Counted from the first letter of the whole stretch, positions 25,243 to 38,144 are shown. The stretch is 63,510 bases of DNA, filler included, from Octopus bimaculoides (GCF_001194135.2; 7 parts of 6 records of this genome joined end to end with filler, not necessarily neighbours in it), one strand, 5' to 3'. Notes: generated from the letters alone by a model not told the origin. A program made the numbers and translations.

Positions 25243-25825
25243 CTACATTTATATTTTTTTCTCTTTATTTCTCTCCTTATTTCTTTCTGTGTTCCTTTCA
25301 GTTGAAGAGCGTAGCTCNNNNNNNNNNNNNNNNNNNNNNNNNNNNNNNNNNNNNNNNNNNNNNNNNNNNNNNNNNNNNNNNNNNNNNNNNNNNNNNNNNN
25401 NNNNNNNNNNNNNNNNNNNNNNNNNNNNNNNNNNNNNNNNNNNNNNNNNNNNNNNNNNNNNNNNNNNNNNNNNNNNNNNNNNNNNNNNNNNNNNNNNNNN
25501 NNNNNNNNNNNNNNNNNNNNNNNNNNNNNNNNNNNNNNNNNNNNNNNNNNNNNNNNNNNNNNNNNNNNNNNNNNNNNNNNNNNNNNNNNNNNNNNNNNNN
25601 NNNNNNNNNNNNNNNNNNNNNNNNNNNNNNNNNNNNNNNNNNNNNNNNNNNNNNNNNNNNNNNNNNNNNNNNNNNNNNNNNNNNNNNNNNNNNNNNNNNN
25701 NNNNNNNNNNNNNNNNNNNNNNNNNNNNNNNNNNNNNNNNNNNNNNNNNNNNNNNNNNNNNNNNNNNNNNNNNNNNNNNNNNNNNNNNNNNNNNNNNNNN
25801 NNNNNNNNNNNNNNNNNNNNNNNNN

Positions 25826-25892
<67 letters not shown>

Positions 25893-26209
25893 CAATTCAC
25901 AATCTAACACTTTATTTATATTATAATATAATATACTATAAACATAATATAAGACAACATAAAAAATTATTAAAATGCCAACAGTTTGTTTCGACTTATA
26001 TACATTATTTGATTTATAAAACATTCATATCTATGTATACAAGTGTCTACAGGGTTTTGGATTGCCAGGTTGCAAAATACTGATTCAAAATACCTATGTT
26101 TAAGAGCGTGAGCATTAACTATTCAAATACATATCAAGTACCATAAAAAAAACAAAAATAACGGACAGAAAATTGAGTATACACACACACATCCATCCAT
26201 CTATCCATA

Positions 26210-26370
26210 TACGGGCTTCTACACATTGTATCCATTTAGGAAAGCCACTCACAAGGCGCTGGTCAGCGGAGAGCGTTAGTAGAAAACACTTGTCCAAGGA
26301 ACCACGCAGAAAGGCTGAACCCGAAACCACGTGATTATGTGAATGACCTTAACCACATAGCCATGCTTAT
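26210..26370 (-). mobile_element. Degenerate SINE family B 5' half
   Basis: ACTCACAAGG..GGTC..TAGTAGAAAACACTTGTCCAAGG. Confidence 0.6.
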
Positions 26371-26856
26371 ATTTCTTCCATCCCATTTCACCTCCCCAAA
26401 TTTTCTTGCATTTATAAGATTTCTGTAATCTTATTTGTTCCACATTTACTCGTACATGTAACAATCCTATTAAGTTGAACACCTTTCATAACTATAAACT
26501 TTCATCTATAGTACATGTTTTCGGTGTGAGAACATTCTTATAAACAAACATTGAAGCGTCGAGTGAGTTGGCATTTTAGAAATGAGGGAAAACTCGAACG
26601 CAAGAGAATAGATTTAAAAACCAGCTTAGAAATTTGTGCAAAATATCCTTAGCGGCACCCTGGCCTCTTTTTCCGTCTATAAGGGTATTTTATCTGATCT
26701 TAGAAACTCTTTTCGCATCTGTTCTCCTGCGTTCGAGATTCCCCTCATTTGTACAATATGTATTCTATGTTTCTATGTGGAATTCTTTTTTTACATTATT
26801 CATATATTTAAGAAAATTCCTGAAATATATACTCATATACTATATATACTATATAT

Positions 26857-27028
26857 AGGCGCAGGAGTGGCTGTGTGGTAAGTAGCTTACTTACCAACCA
26901 CATGGTTCCGGGTTCAGTCCCACTGCGTGGCACCTTGGGCAAGTGTCTTCTACTATAGCCTCGGGCCGACCAAAGCCTTGTGAGTGGATTTGGTAGACGG
27001 AAACTGAAAGAAGCCTGTCGTATATATG

Positions 27029-27127
<99 letters not shown>

Positions 27128-27323
27128 TTGTGTGTCTGTCCCCCACCAACACTTGACAACTTATGCTAGTGTTTTTACGTCCCCGTAACCTAGCGGTTCG
27201 GCAAAAAAGAGACCGATAGAATAAGTACTAGGCTTCCAAAGAATAAGTCCTGGGGTCGATTTTCTCGACTAAAGGCGGTGCTCCAGCATGGCCGCAGTCA
27301 AATGACTGAAACAAGTAAAAGAG
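26857..27323 (+). mobile_element. Full-length SINE family B with internal (TA)n(TG)n
   Basis: tRNA-like head GGCGCAGGAGTGGCTGTGTGG..GGTTCAGTCCC, ~100-bp microsatellite core at 27021-27125, conserved 3' half. Confidence 0.92.
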
Positions 27324-28102
27324 TTAGATTTTCTATCTTAATATCTCATCTTACTTAATATATTCTTTATATTTACCATTACATATAGGCTTTTTAATAA
27401 ACTGTAAGTCTTCAACGCGTACATATTTCTATTCACTAATTTATTTTGTCATATATGCACCTACTCTCCTATATCATTTAACAGAGTCAAGCATAATTGA
27501 TTTTCTTTCTTTATCCTTTGTTTTTTCTTTTTAATTAATTTCATCTGATTGCCTCTTTCCGCTACATAGCATTAGGTATCCCCTATACTTCCACGATTAT
27601 ACCCTATAACATGGTCCATTAGACATTTAGCCAGTACTTTTAGTACAGTTTATTTAATTTGGATTTCATTCTATCCTTCTGTATCATTTTAATAACTAAT
27701 ATTTTTCTACATACGTTTTAGCGATCCTGGATGTGTACGTGATTAAATAATTTAATATGGCCTATTACACATCTGCTCCTTCCAGTACAATTTAATTCAT
27801 TATGATTTCTGTCCTTTTTCATAATTTTAGCATAATTTATTCATCTATAACATTTTATTGCCGCAATTTTGAAATCATAAACTAATTAGAACTAATGTGA
27901 TACCAGAGCTAGGACGCTATCTTAAGGATAGCGTTTTTAGGCCCTGAAATGGACATTTATATAGAAATATTATATAGAATTATTCTTATTTAGGAATACC
28001 TGTGCAAATGTTAAAATACATCAAATCAAGGTGTTAAAAATGAGAATATGCATCTATGCATATATTCGTTTACACACACATACAAGCGAGCGCACCTATA
28101 CG

Positions 28103-28151
<49 letters not shown>

Positions 28152-28399
28152 ATTAATATAATTTCACGTTTTTTGTTTCCACTTGTAACTTATATATTAG
28201 CTCCACTAAATATTGTTCTTTAGTTCCCGAAAAGCCATAGGTGAAACAACATACATTTTGTCGGTCTAACGATTTATAAGAATAATATTGAAGTTTTTTT
28301 CTCTCTCCCTAGGTGGCCAGGCATATCTTCTTTGAACTTGTAATCCCTAAAATATAAAGACTATACATCCTCTTATTAGTTCAGCCTGATATTTGTGGC

Positions 28400-28870
28400 C
28401 ATGGAGGACCACCTTCTATGTAATTACAACTGTTTATAGAGTTCATTCTGGAGTGTGATCTGGTAAATGGGTGTATCTGATGCCAGAATTTGTTTCTATA
28501 TGTTACGTTGGTTCGTCCAAGGTCCGAGAGATTGGAGCATTCAGATGTTTCTTGAAAACATTTACGTTCAGACTCTGCAAATTTCTCAAACCTTCAGGAA
28601 TATGAAATGGCGAATGGTTGACGGATTGGTATAACCCCCAACACAAAAGTTTACTGCTGCTAGCCCTGCAAACATCTTTCGCTTATTGATTGCTGCATTT
28701 CTTTGACATATCTCTAGGCAGTGGAGTCTTAACGATTTCAACCTCTTCTAATTGATCAGGTATTGTTTTGAGGCGGTTTACTTTGTGAAGTATTGTTGGG
28801 TTCTTCTCTATGCGTAGTTTAACACATTTTTGCGAACATAATTGCGCGCAGTATTCCAGACGGCTGAAGG
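28400..28870 (-). mobile_element. CR1-like LINE 3' fragment
   Basis: FSRLEYCAQL motif followed by degenerate coding sequence. Confidence 0.6.
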
Positions 28871-28904
28871 TACATACATACATACATACATACATACATA
28901 CATG

Positions 28905-29146
28905 ATATGATGGCCGTCCACTCGTGACCGAGGAGGACCATTGCCGACCTTCAGGAACATTGTGCGCTCTAGGACTAACTTATATTTTGCATTTGCGGCT
29001 CCGTTGGTGGCTAATGAGCCCTGCTCTTGACAAGCATACACAACTGCAAACATTGGAGATTAAGCTTTCCCCATTCACTATACGAGCCATGCACTTTCGC
29101 GCGGCTCGCTTAAGTTCTTCATGCTGGATACGTGCTCTCTCAAATT
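28905..29146 (-). mobile_element. RTE-clade LINE 3' end embedded in (TACA)n
   Basis: FERARIQHEELKRAARK...CSCVCLSRAGLISHQRSRK* plus UTR ending GGTCACGAGTGGACGGCCATCAT; TACA arrays on both sides. Confidence 0.75.
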
Positions 29147-29230
29147 ACATACATACATACATACATACATCCATCCATGCATCTATCCCTCCATACATAC
29201 ATCCATCCCTCCATACATACATACACACAT

Positions 29231-29806
29231 GAAATGTTCCGGTCAAAACCTGAATAAACTGTATACTCAATAGACATGATATAATGATTTGGAACAGAGA
29301 AGAGAAACTGTGTATAGTTGTGGAAATCAGCTGCCAGCCGGTGTTAACAATGTTGAAGATCAACGAAAAAGGATACCTACACTATTGAGATATCTGCAGT
29401 TATTCTATCCAGATAACTAGTCCAGGTTTATATCTGTAATTATTGGGGCACTAGGATATGTAACACATTGCGTAAATACCAATCATCAAAAATTAGGCTT
29501 CTCAAAACCAGAAAGGAGACAGCTATTTCGAAGACTACAAATCCAACTATCGTTGGAACCGTAAAAATCTGTAAAACTTTCAAGAATTTTCTCATCTAAA
29601 TGTATATATGAGCATGTCTAGATATGCAACTGTATGCATGAGAATACATTCATAAAACATACAAACCTGCACATTCCTACAAACTAAAATACCCAGTTGT
29701 TGATGTTGAAATTCCAATGAAGGAACCTTGAATCTAGGTTAGAAACCGGTTGTTTCTCTATTGGCAAGAAATCATGAAATAAACTGAATAATGACATACA
29801 TACATA
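29231..29806 (+). mobile_element. RLE-type non-LTR 3' fragment with (CATA)n flanks (family F5)
   Basis: HDIMIWNREEKLCIVVEISC...VIIGALGYVTHC; 3' UTR ends AATAATGA(CATA)n. Confidence 0.8.
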
Positions 29807-30030
29807 GAGCATATCTGGATATGCAACTATATGCATGAGAATACATGCATAAAACATACAAATTTGCACATACATACATACATACATACATACATACATA
29901 CATACATACATACAAAAATACCCTGTCGATATTGTTGAAATTCCAGTGGAGAAGTTTGGATCTAGGTTAGAAACCGATTTATTCACCATTGGCAAGAAAT
30001 CTTGATATAAAACTGAATGATGACGTACAT
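29807..30030 (+). mobile_element. Second F5 3' UTR copy in tandem
   Basis: Diverged repeat of 29610-29806 with an internal (CATA)n expansion. Confidence 0.8.
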
Positions 30031-30267
30031 ATATGTATATATACATCCTTCAAATTTGTTTACGGTAAACGTTTTGAATTTGCAAATAAAGCTTTTGTTC
30101 CATTTTGTCGACGACAGTTTATCAAAGCTCACTGGCAAACCAGATTTTTGGGACTGCATCGAGCTGTACCGACATAATGTAGAATAAATATGATAATAAT
30201 AATCTTTGGATGGAATTTTTGTAAAATCCATCAAAGAATTATTGTTATTATTATTGTACACACACAG

Positions 30268-30304
<37 letters not shown>

Positions 30305-30365
30305 CAGATAAATAGATAGAGAGAAAGAGAGAGAGCTAGCCAGCCAGCCAGAAAGACAAACAGAC

Positions 30366-30430
<65 letters not shown>

Positions 30431-30431
<1 letters not shown>

Positions 30432-30559
30432 GACGGGCTTCTTTCAGTTTCCGTCTACCAAAGCTTTGGTCGGCCAGAAGCTATAGTAGAAAACACTTGC
30501 CCAAGGTACCACGCAGTGAGATTGAACCCGGGACTATGTGGTTGGGAAGGAAGCTTCTT
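30431..30559 (-). mobile_element. SINE family B head, left piece (right piece at 32690-32723), split by an insertion
   Basis: The head sequence resumes at 32690 with the duplicated GGGAAGCAAGCTTCTT-like 16-mer. Confidence 0.8.
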
Positions 30560-32689
30560 TATTTCATTAAATTTGACATTTAGGCATAACATAGATTAGC
30601 AGAAGCTAGGGCTGGACAGAAACATTAATGAAATGAGATGAATAGTGTACATGATGATATAGATGGGAGAAGACAAAGCCGCCCACCGAACTTTGCTTCT
30701 CTAAAACTTTGTTCTTGTTTTTTTAAATCATAAATTTTAAACAAACAGAATTCAATTATAACAGTCAATTCAATTTCTCATATATGAAGCAACAAGCCTC
30801 TTACAAATGTTCATATTGTTCATGATATCTGTCACGGAAACATTTTCGCCTTTCATGCATAACCCTCCTCATCACTTGTGTGTCCGATTCCCATCAACGC
30901 CCACGCCCTCTCTAGGTACACGTCGAGTGGCGTGTCGGCGTCGCCAAGCACCACGTAAAATATTTCTCTGAAGTCATATAGCTTTTGCACTGTGTCCCAT
31001 ATTAACGCCTCCACAATTATCTGCGGAGGCCATTTGGGATCCCACATGCAAGCCATGGTTGCTCCCTTAGGATATTTTTCTAACTCCTTTTCTATTTCCC
31101 CACCTCTGTAGAAGAAGACCAACGATTCTTCTTCCTCCGGTAAAGAGATAGACTTCTCCACCGTCAGTGGCACAATTCCCAGCGGCGGTGGTTCAACCTC
31201 CGTTGGCACCTTTTTCTTTTTTGTTTCTTTTTTCTTTTCTTTTTTCCGGTGGGAGAAGAGTCCGCCGGTTTACCCAGGGAACTCAATCCCTCTTCCAACT
31301 CTACATTTTTGTTTTCGGCGGGCTACTATTAATGTCCGCCTTTCCTCATTATTTACCTGTAGAGCAGAACTACTTGTTTTAANNNNNNNNNNNNNNNNNN
31401 NNNNNNNNNNNNNNNNNNNNNNNNNNNNNNNNNNNNNNNNNNNNNNNNNNNNNNNNNNNNNNNNNNNNNNNNNNNNNNNNNNNNNNNNNNNNNNNNNNNN
31501 NNNNNNNNNNNNNNNNNNNNNNNNNNNNNNNNNNNNNNNNNNNNNNNNNNNNNNNNNNNNNNNNNNNNNNNNNNNNNNNNNNNNNNNNNNNNNNNNNNNN
31601 NNNNNNNNNNNNNNNNNNNNNNNNNNNNNNNNNNNNNNNNNNNNNNNNNNNNNNNNNNNNNNNNNNNNNNNNNNNNNNNNNNNNNNNNNNNNNNNNNNNN
31701 NNNNNNNNNNNNNNNNNNNNNNNNNNNNNNNNNNNNNNNNNNNNNNNNNNNNNNNNNNNNNNNNNNNNNNNNNNNNNNNNNNNNNNNNNNNNNNNNNNNN
31801 NNNNNNNNNNNNNNNNNNNNNNNNNNNNNNNNNNNNNNNNNNNNNNNNNNNNNNNNNNNNNNNNNNNNNNNNNNNNNNNNNNNNNNNNNNNNNNNNNNNN
31901 NNNNNNNNNNNNNNNNNNNNNNNNNNNNNNNNNNNNNNNNNNNNNNNNNNNNNNNNNNNNNNNNNNNNNNNNNNNNNNNNNNNNNNNNNNNNNNNNNNNN
32001 NNNNNNNNNNNNNNNNNNNNNTATTGTTCATTGTATTGTTCAACTGCTAGCAGAAAGTCGCACAGAAAAAAAACGGAACGGAAGACAGAAGAAAGAAAAA
32101 TAGTTCGGATGGAAAAAAATCACACAAAAATAGAAAAAAGAAAAGAGAACACAGTTCAACAGTTCAAACGAACAATTTTCCGGCTACTAGTACTCCAAGC
32201 CACATGAAAACGGAATCCTGCAACTGGAACGGCTTCCACAATTTTTCAAAAAATTGATAATAAAGTTCTTCGGCAAAAAATGCCAAACAATAATTTTTAC
32301 TGTTGAGGAGGGGCGGATATGCCTACCACAAACAGTAAGCACACAAAATCGTTCGCAATGCGAACGCAAAGTCTTTTCGGCCAAAAAAAAGAGGCGAAGC
32401 AATAAATTTTTACTGCTGTGGAGCGGATACGCCCACTAGAAAAAGCTAATACAATTTGTTCTTATCGATCAACCACAAGAGACCCGCCAAGGCAAGCGAA
32501 AACGTCGCCAAGCTGAACAACAACCTGCTGAAAAAGAATTTTAAAACACAAATTATTGCTCAGCTGAGCAACAAAACCGACCTACCTCGGCAAGTTCTTC
32601 AATGTTCCTTGTAATCCTTACTTAGACAGAGCCCAAAAGACTCATGTCCATCTCGTTCAACTGCTGAAAGACAACTAGCTCTCCTGTCA
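30560..32689 (-). mobile_element. ~2.1-kb non-autonomous non-LTR element, single non-RT ORF (HAL1-like)
   Basis: 16-bp TSD (30544-30559 / 32690-32705, 14/16), short A-rich 3' end, ~650-bp 5' UTR, ORF C-terminus at 31382-30853, ~290-bp 3' UTR; 638 N inside. Confidence 0.65.
30853..31382 (-). CDS. C-terminal part of an unknown TE-borne protein (ORF1-like), one disruption
   Basis: Lys-rich segment followed by 118 stop-free codons (KYPKGATMACMWDPKWPPQIIVEALIWDT...); GC-rich against an AT-rich background. Confidence 0.5.
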
Positions 32690-33214
32690 GGGAGGCAAGC
32701 TTCTTACCGCACATCTACTCCTGCTGAATATTGAATAAGCAAATGCGCAATTTCAAAATGTAAATTTTTACGCCTTGCATAATTTTATGACCTCTTGCAA
32801 ACTGGCAGAAAAAGAAAAAAAATGATAAAAAAATATATGTATATATAAAACTATATTTTTCCTGTGAATTCGGTGACGAGCTTCTCCTATTACATTTATT
32901 TATAGAATTTTTTTTTATTCTTTTATCTAATTATCAATTTTATTCACTTGTAGTCATTCGTAAGAGTATTTCTTGTATTGTAATGGACAAACGCATGCTT
33001 GTCTCCTTGAAACTTTATACAGTTACAATAGGGTATTCAGGGCGTACATTTATCTATATCTTTTTGTTTAAAATTTTTGTCGCACGAACACACACATAAA
33101 ACACACACACACAATGTACATTCGTTAGTAGCTCAGTGGTGACAATTTATTGCCAATGCTACTGGATATATAAATATATGGGGTGGAGTCTGTGTGTGTG
33201 TGTGTGTGCATATG

Positions 33215-33266
<52 letters not shown>

Positions 33267-33294
33267 TGCATATATGAATGTGTGTGTATGTATA

Positions 33295-33690
33295 TATGAA
33301 TGAATACGTGCAGATTTGTATGTTTTGTTTTATCTGTGTTCTCATGCGTACAGTTGCATGTCCAGACATGCTTATATATATTTGAATGATAAACTCATGT
33401 ATAATAAATGATAAAGATTGGTTTTTAGGCAGTGTGTTACATATCCCAATGCCCCAATAATTACAGGTATAAACCAGAACTTGTAATCTGGATAGTGTAG
33501 CTGCAGATTTCTCAATAGTTCAGTGAAGGTATTCTCTTTTCCTCTGATCTTCACATCTGCTGGGCAGCTGATTTCCACAACTGTACACAGTTTCTCTTCT
33601 CTATACCAAATTATTATGTCAAATTATGTTTACGATTTATTGCGGTTTTCACTTGGACATTCTACCATTACACCTTTTTTATTATGAGTG
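33295..33690 (-). mobile_element. Family F5 RLE fragment
   Basis: EISCPADVKIRGKENTF..LRNLQLHYPDYKFWFIPVIIGALGYVTHC; UTR matches 29600-29680; (TATG)n at the 5' junction. Confidence 0.8.
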
Positions 33691-33730
33691 TCTATACTGC
33701 ATGCATGTATGTATGTATGCATGTATGTAT

Positions 33731-33930
33731 CTTATTTCTTTATTGCCCACAAGGGGCTAAACATAGAGGGGACAAACAAGGACAGTGCGTAACTAGTACT
33801 TAATTTATCGACCCTGAAAGGATGGAAGGCAAAGTCGACCTCGGTGGAATTTGAACTCAGAACGTAACAACAGACGAAATACCGCTAAGCATTTCGCCCG
33901 GTGTGCTAACGTTTCTGCCAGCTCACCGCC
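33731..33930 (-). mobile_element. SINE family A, tail type A1
   Basis: Homologue of 883-1113; TATG repeats on both sides. Confidence 0.85.
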
Positions 33931-34562
33931 TTATTTATGTATGTATGTATGTATGTATGTATGTATCTATCTATCTATCTATCTCGACATGTATGTTTGT
34001 ATGTATGTTTTATATCCTGGCACAGGGTGGATATATAAATTAATAAAACGGGGGTTAATCAATTTATTCACACGCCGTACTTCGCAAGACTACCAAACGC
34101 CCTCTTGACTCGTCCAACCTCTACTCTTTATAAGAGTTCGGCTAGTCCATTCTTCGAATTCCCCAGGGGTGTCAATGACTCTCGCCACAGCATCTTTCCC
34201 TTTGAGAATGGCTTTTATCGGAAGTTAATATTATTAATTTTATCTATTTAATTTTCTTTCATCACATCTCCCTTTTTTTTGAGATTTTTCCTCCTAGGGA
34301 AGTTTAATATTTCTTCCGTTTAGGTACCACTTCCAACCGTTCTGTTTGTTTCTTGTTTCTTTTGCTGCTATGACTACGTTCAATTTCTTGTGTCGTTGGA
34401 ACTTCAAAGACGTCATTAATAACGTTAATAATACATCTCTATTTAAAATGTATACGTATACATATACATATGTATGTATACATGTATATATGTATGTATA
34501 TACATACATATATACAGATACAGATATGCATCTGTATCTATACCTATCTATCTATCTATCTA

Positions 34563-34613
<51 letters not shown>

Positions 34614-34736
34614 NNNNNNNNNNNNNNNNNNNNNNNNNNNNNNNNNNNNNNNNNNNNTTAATTAATTAANNNNNNNNNNNNNNNNNNNNNNNNNNNNNNN
34701 NNNNNNNNNNNNNGGGGGAGATATATATATATATAT

Positions 34737-34778
<42 letters not shown>

Positions 34779-35084
34779 GTATGTATATATACATATATGT
34801 GTGTGTATGTCTATATATACATATATATACATATATGTATAATATGTATATATGTGTGTGTGTATTTATGTATATATACATATGTATACATATATATATA
34901 TGTATAATATGTATATGTGCGTGTTGTTGATTAAAGTTATGTTTTAAAACATTGCTTATGGAATCAGTCTACAAGCGTTAGATTTTTTTTTGCGAAGTTG
35001 ATGTTTTAAATCATAAAAGCTATAAATATTTAAAAAATTATATAATAAATAAACTTAGATTTACATATACACGAACACCCATAC

Positions 35085-35530
35085 AAGCACGCAAATGGTT
35101 GTGTGGTTAGGAAGCTCATATTGCAACCACATGGTTTTGTGTCTAGCCCCGCTGCGCCGCACTTTGGGCAAATATTTACACTGTAACTCTGGTCCGTTCA
35201 ATGCCTTGTGAATCAATTTGGTAGTCAGAATGAAAGCCCATCGTGTGTGTGTGCGTCTGTGTATGTGTGTTTGTGTGCATGTATGCATGTGTGTGTGTGC
35301 ATGTGGGTTTATACTTGAGTGTGTCTCCCTCTCTACCGCTTGACAACTGGTGTTGGTTTGTTTATGCACCCGTGAGCTAGCAGTTCGTCCAAAAGACACA
35401 AAGATACCGATGGAATAAGTACCAAACTCTAAAGAAAATTATTATTGGTGTGGATTTGTTCGACTAAATCCCTCGAGGAGGTGCCCTCACTTGGCCACTG
35501 TCCAATGACCGAAAGAAGTAAACAATAAAG
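35085..35530 (+). mobile_element. Diverged SINE family B
   Basis: Head, TG core and 3' half all recognisable. Confidence 0.7.
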
Positions 35531-37151
35531 ATAAAAGTAGTGAAAATTGGGAAGTCGTTTGTTCAGACTGTGTGAACTCTGAGTTGAAATGTCGTCGAGA
35601 TCAACTTGCTTCCTAACCTTTAGCAGTCAATAAACAAAGCAACACTCCAAGGCAATGGATCAGCAGAATTACTTATATTTTTCGGATAAGACCAAGGTGG
35701 CGAGTTAGTAGAGTCGTTAGAATGTTGGTTAGAATGACACGTGGTACTCTCGGCAGGATTTTAACTGTCTACACTTGCACTTTGAATTCAAATCTCGCCG
35801 AGGGTTAGACGGGATTTCCTGCAGTCTCTGTTTCAGCTCAATGCATTCAGACAGCAAAATTTGTATGGTAAGAAGTTTGCTTCCCAGCCACTTCATGATT
35901 GCAAATTTGTTTGTTAGGCAAACTAGAGCAAGCACCGTTAGTTGCCTTCTCCGGGGACCAAACGGAATGACGGTAGCAATTAGTAGATTACGAGTAGGAA
36001 GTCTCATATCAATGTGGTCAGTGACAGAGCGTTTTAATGCAGCAGCTGAATCAGTGAAAGGTTGTCTATATGATTGTAGTTCAATCTGCAGAAATTAGCA
36101 GCTAAATTTTCCTTAAATCATACCGTATAATCTTAAAAAGGAAGAACGCAATGAACAGTGTTGTTCTAGGTAGACTATATTTTGTATATAAAACGAAAAC
36201 ACAGTATTGTCACACCATGTATGTTCTTGATCTCACGTCCGCTTGATCAAGGTTGACATGAGGATCAACAACAATAACAATAACATCAATAATATTGTTT
36301 TGTTTCTTACTGTCTTCTACCGCTGATAAAGGCTTACAAGTACTAATTACTTTAGTGTAATTAACCACATCGACTTCCGGAGATAAATATAGTGCAATTA
36401 TCTATACAGACTTCTGGAAATTATTATAGGGTAATTAGCCGTATTGACTTCCGGAAATTGCATTCTCTTCCTCATTTTATGTAAATGATAGGATTTCAGC
36501 TTGGCACTGTGATACAAGACTGATGCGCAGATGGTTGAGCTGATATAACAGGGGTTGGTTAGTGTTAACGCTACTGAGCTTCAGACAAGACCAAAACACT
36601 TAACACTCAGCAGGCCTACATAACTCTAAGGAGGTTGCTCTGTTGAGTGTTAAATAAAAAATATTGAGCCAAGAATTTGGAGAATCGTAAACGTAAAGTG
36701 ATTATGATTATAGAGCGAGTAGCAGGTTTTAGATTTTTATGTGTGAATGATAAGCTTAAGTACTCCGGAGGTTAAGATGATAGTGGTATAAAGGAGAGGA
36801 ATTTGAAGTGAATTTAAAAGGATAATATTGGTAGATGGTTAACAGGATCCAGTACCCATGTTAGGTGTTAGTATTCTGTGAAAGTATGCACAAAAGAGAG
36901 TCAAGGAGCATACTTCTGATATGATAATATTATTCTCGTGGTAGAATAATGAACTTAACTAAGAGAACTCAGCACTCTAAAGCAATCAACGATTGACTGC
37001 TTCTGTCATGGTGGAACCATTAACAAAATACTCACTGACTTTTTTTTCAATTCCACTGTTATTGCCTTGCAGTGGACACGATGACAGGGAAATAGACAAG
37101 AGCTTCTCAACCATTGCTGGGATTTTTCTCTGTCTATTTCTTTTGCATTTT

Positions 37152-37397
37152 TTATTATTATTATTATTATTATTATTCAGTAGTTTTATTTTTATAACGT
37201 GCTTTCACTTCACTACCGAGCGCAGCTCTGTGCGCCTTGGGTATGTGCTGTGGTTTGCTGTGGTGCTCTTATGTTTACTGTATTGAAAGTGTTTTGCGTA
37301 GAATGTGTGCAGTACCCAGTAGTGCAATTTTCTGTATGTTATATATATTTGTAAGTCCTGGTGTTTTTGTTATGTATTTGTCTGAATATTTTTTTAT
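37152..37397 (-). mobile_element. R4/Dong-like F1 3' end, cut by a gap
   Basis: Nearly identical to 12064-12302. Confidence 0.9.
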
Positions 37398-37497
37398 NNN
37401 NNNNNNNNNNNNNNNNNNNNNNNNNNNNNNNNNNNNNNNNNTTAATTAATTAANNNNNNNNNNNNNNNNNNNNNNNNNNNNNNNNNNNNNNNNNNNN

Positions 37498-37660
37498 TGT
37501 GTGTGTGTGTGTGTGTGTCTGTTTGTTCCCCCACTCCACCGTCGCTTGACAACCGATGTTAGTGTGCTGATGTTCCCGTAACTTAGCAGTTCGGCAAAAA
37601 TAGAACCGATAGAATAAGTACCAGGCTTACAAAGAATAAATTTTCGGGTCGATATGTTAC
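37498..37660 (+). mobile_element. SINE family B 3' half
   Basis: CGCTTGACAACCGATG..CCCGTAACTTAGCAGTTCGGC. Confidence 0.75.
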
Positions 37661-37944
37661 TAAAAGAAACACGCGCGCTCACGCACACAAACACACGCGC
37701 ACTCACATATTTATGTATGTAAATATATAAATTAATGTATTATACCCATAGAAATTTACAGGGACAAACGGAGATAAAACGTTCCTTTCGCAGTTAAATA
37801 TATATATACATAAAACGACATGTAACACTCATGCGTATGAATATGCATACGACCGTTTTGTTATAGTGTTATAATCTTTTCACGTTTCATATTTATGCGG
37901 ACTCTCACGCACACAAGTATACGCATATACACAGAAACAGACAG

Positions 37945-37983
<39 letters not shown>

Positions 37984-38105
37984 TAAATACTCACAAGTAT
38001 ATATAGACACACATAGACATGTATAAATTAGAAACATAGACGCACACGCATAATTAGACATATAATTATGTATATAAGTGTGTATAGATAGATAAATAGA
38101 CAGAC

Positions 38106-38144
<39 letters not shown>

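Noticed and set aside
36480-37090. Possible ancient LINE endonuclease remnant
   Set aside because: Motifs too degenerate to support a call.
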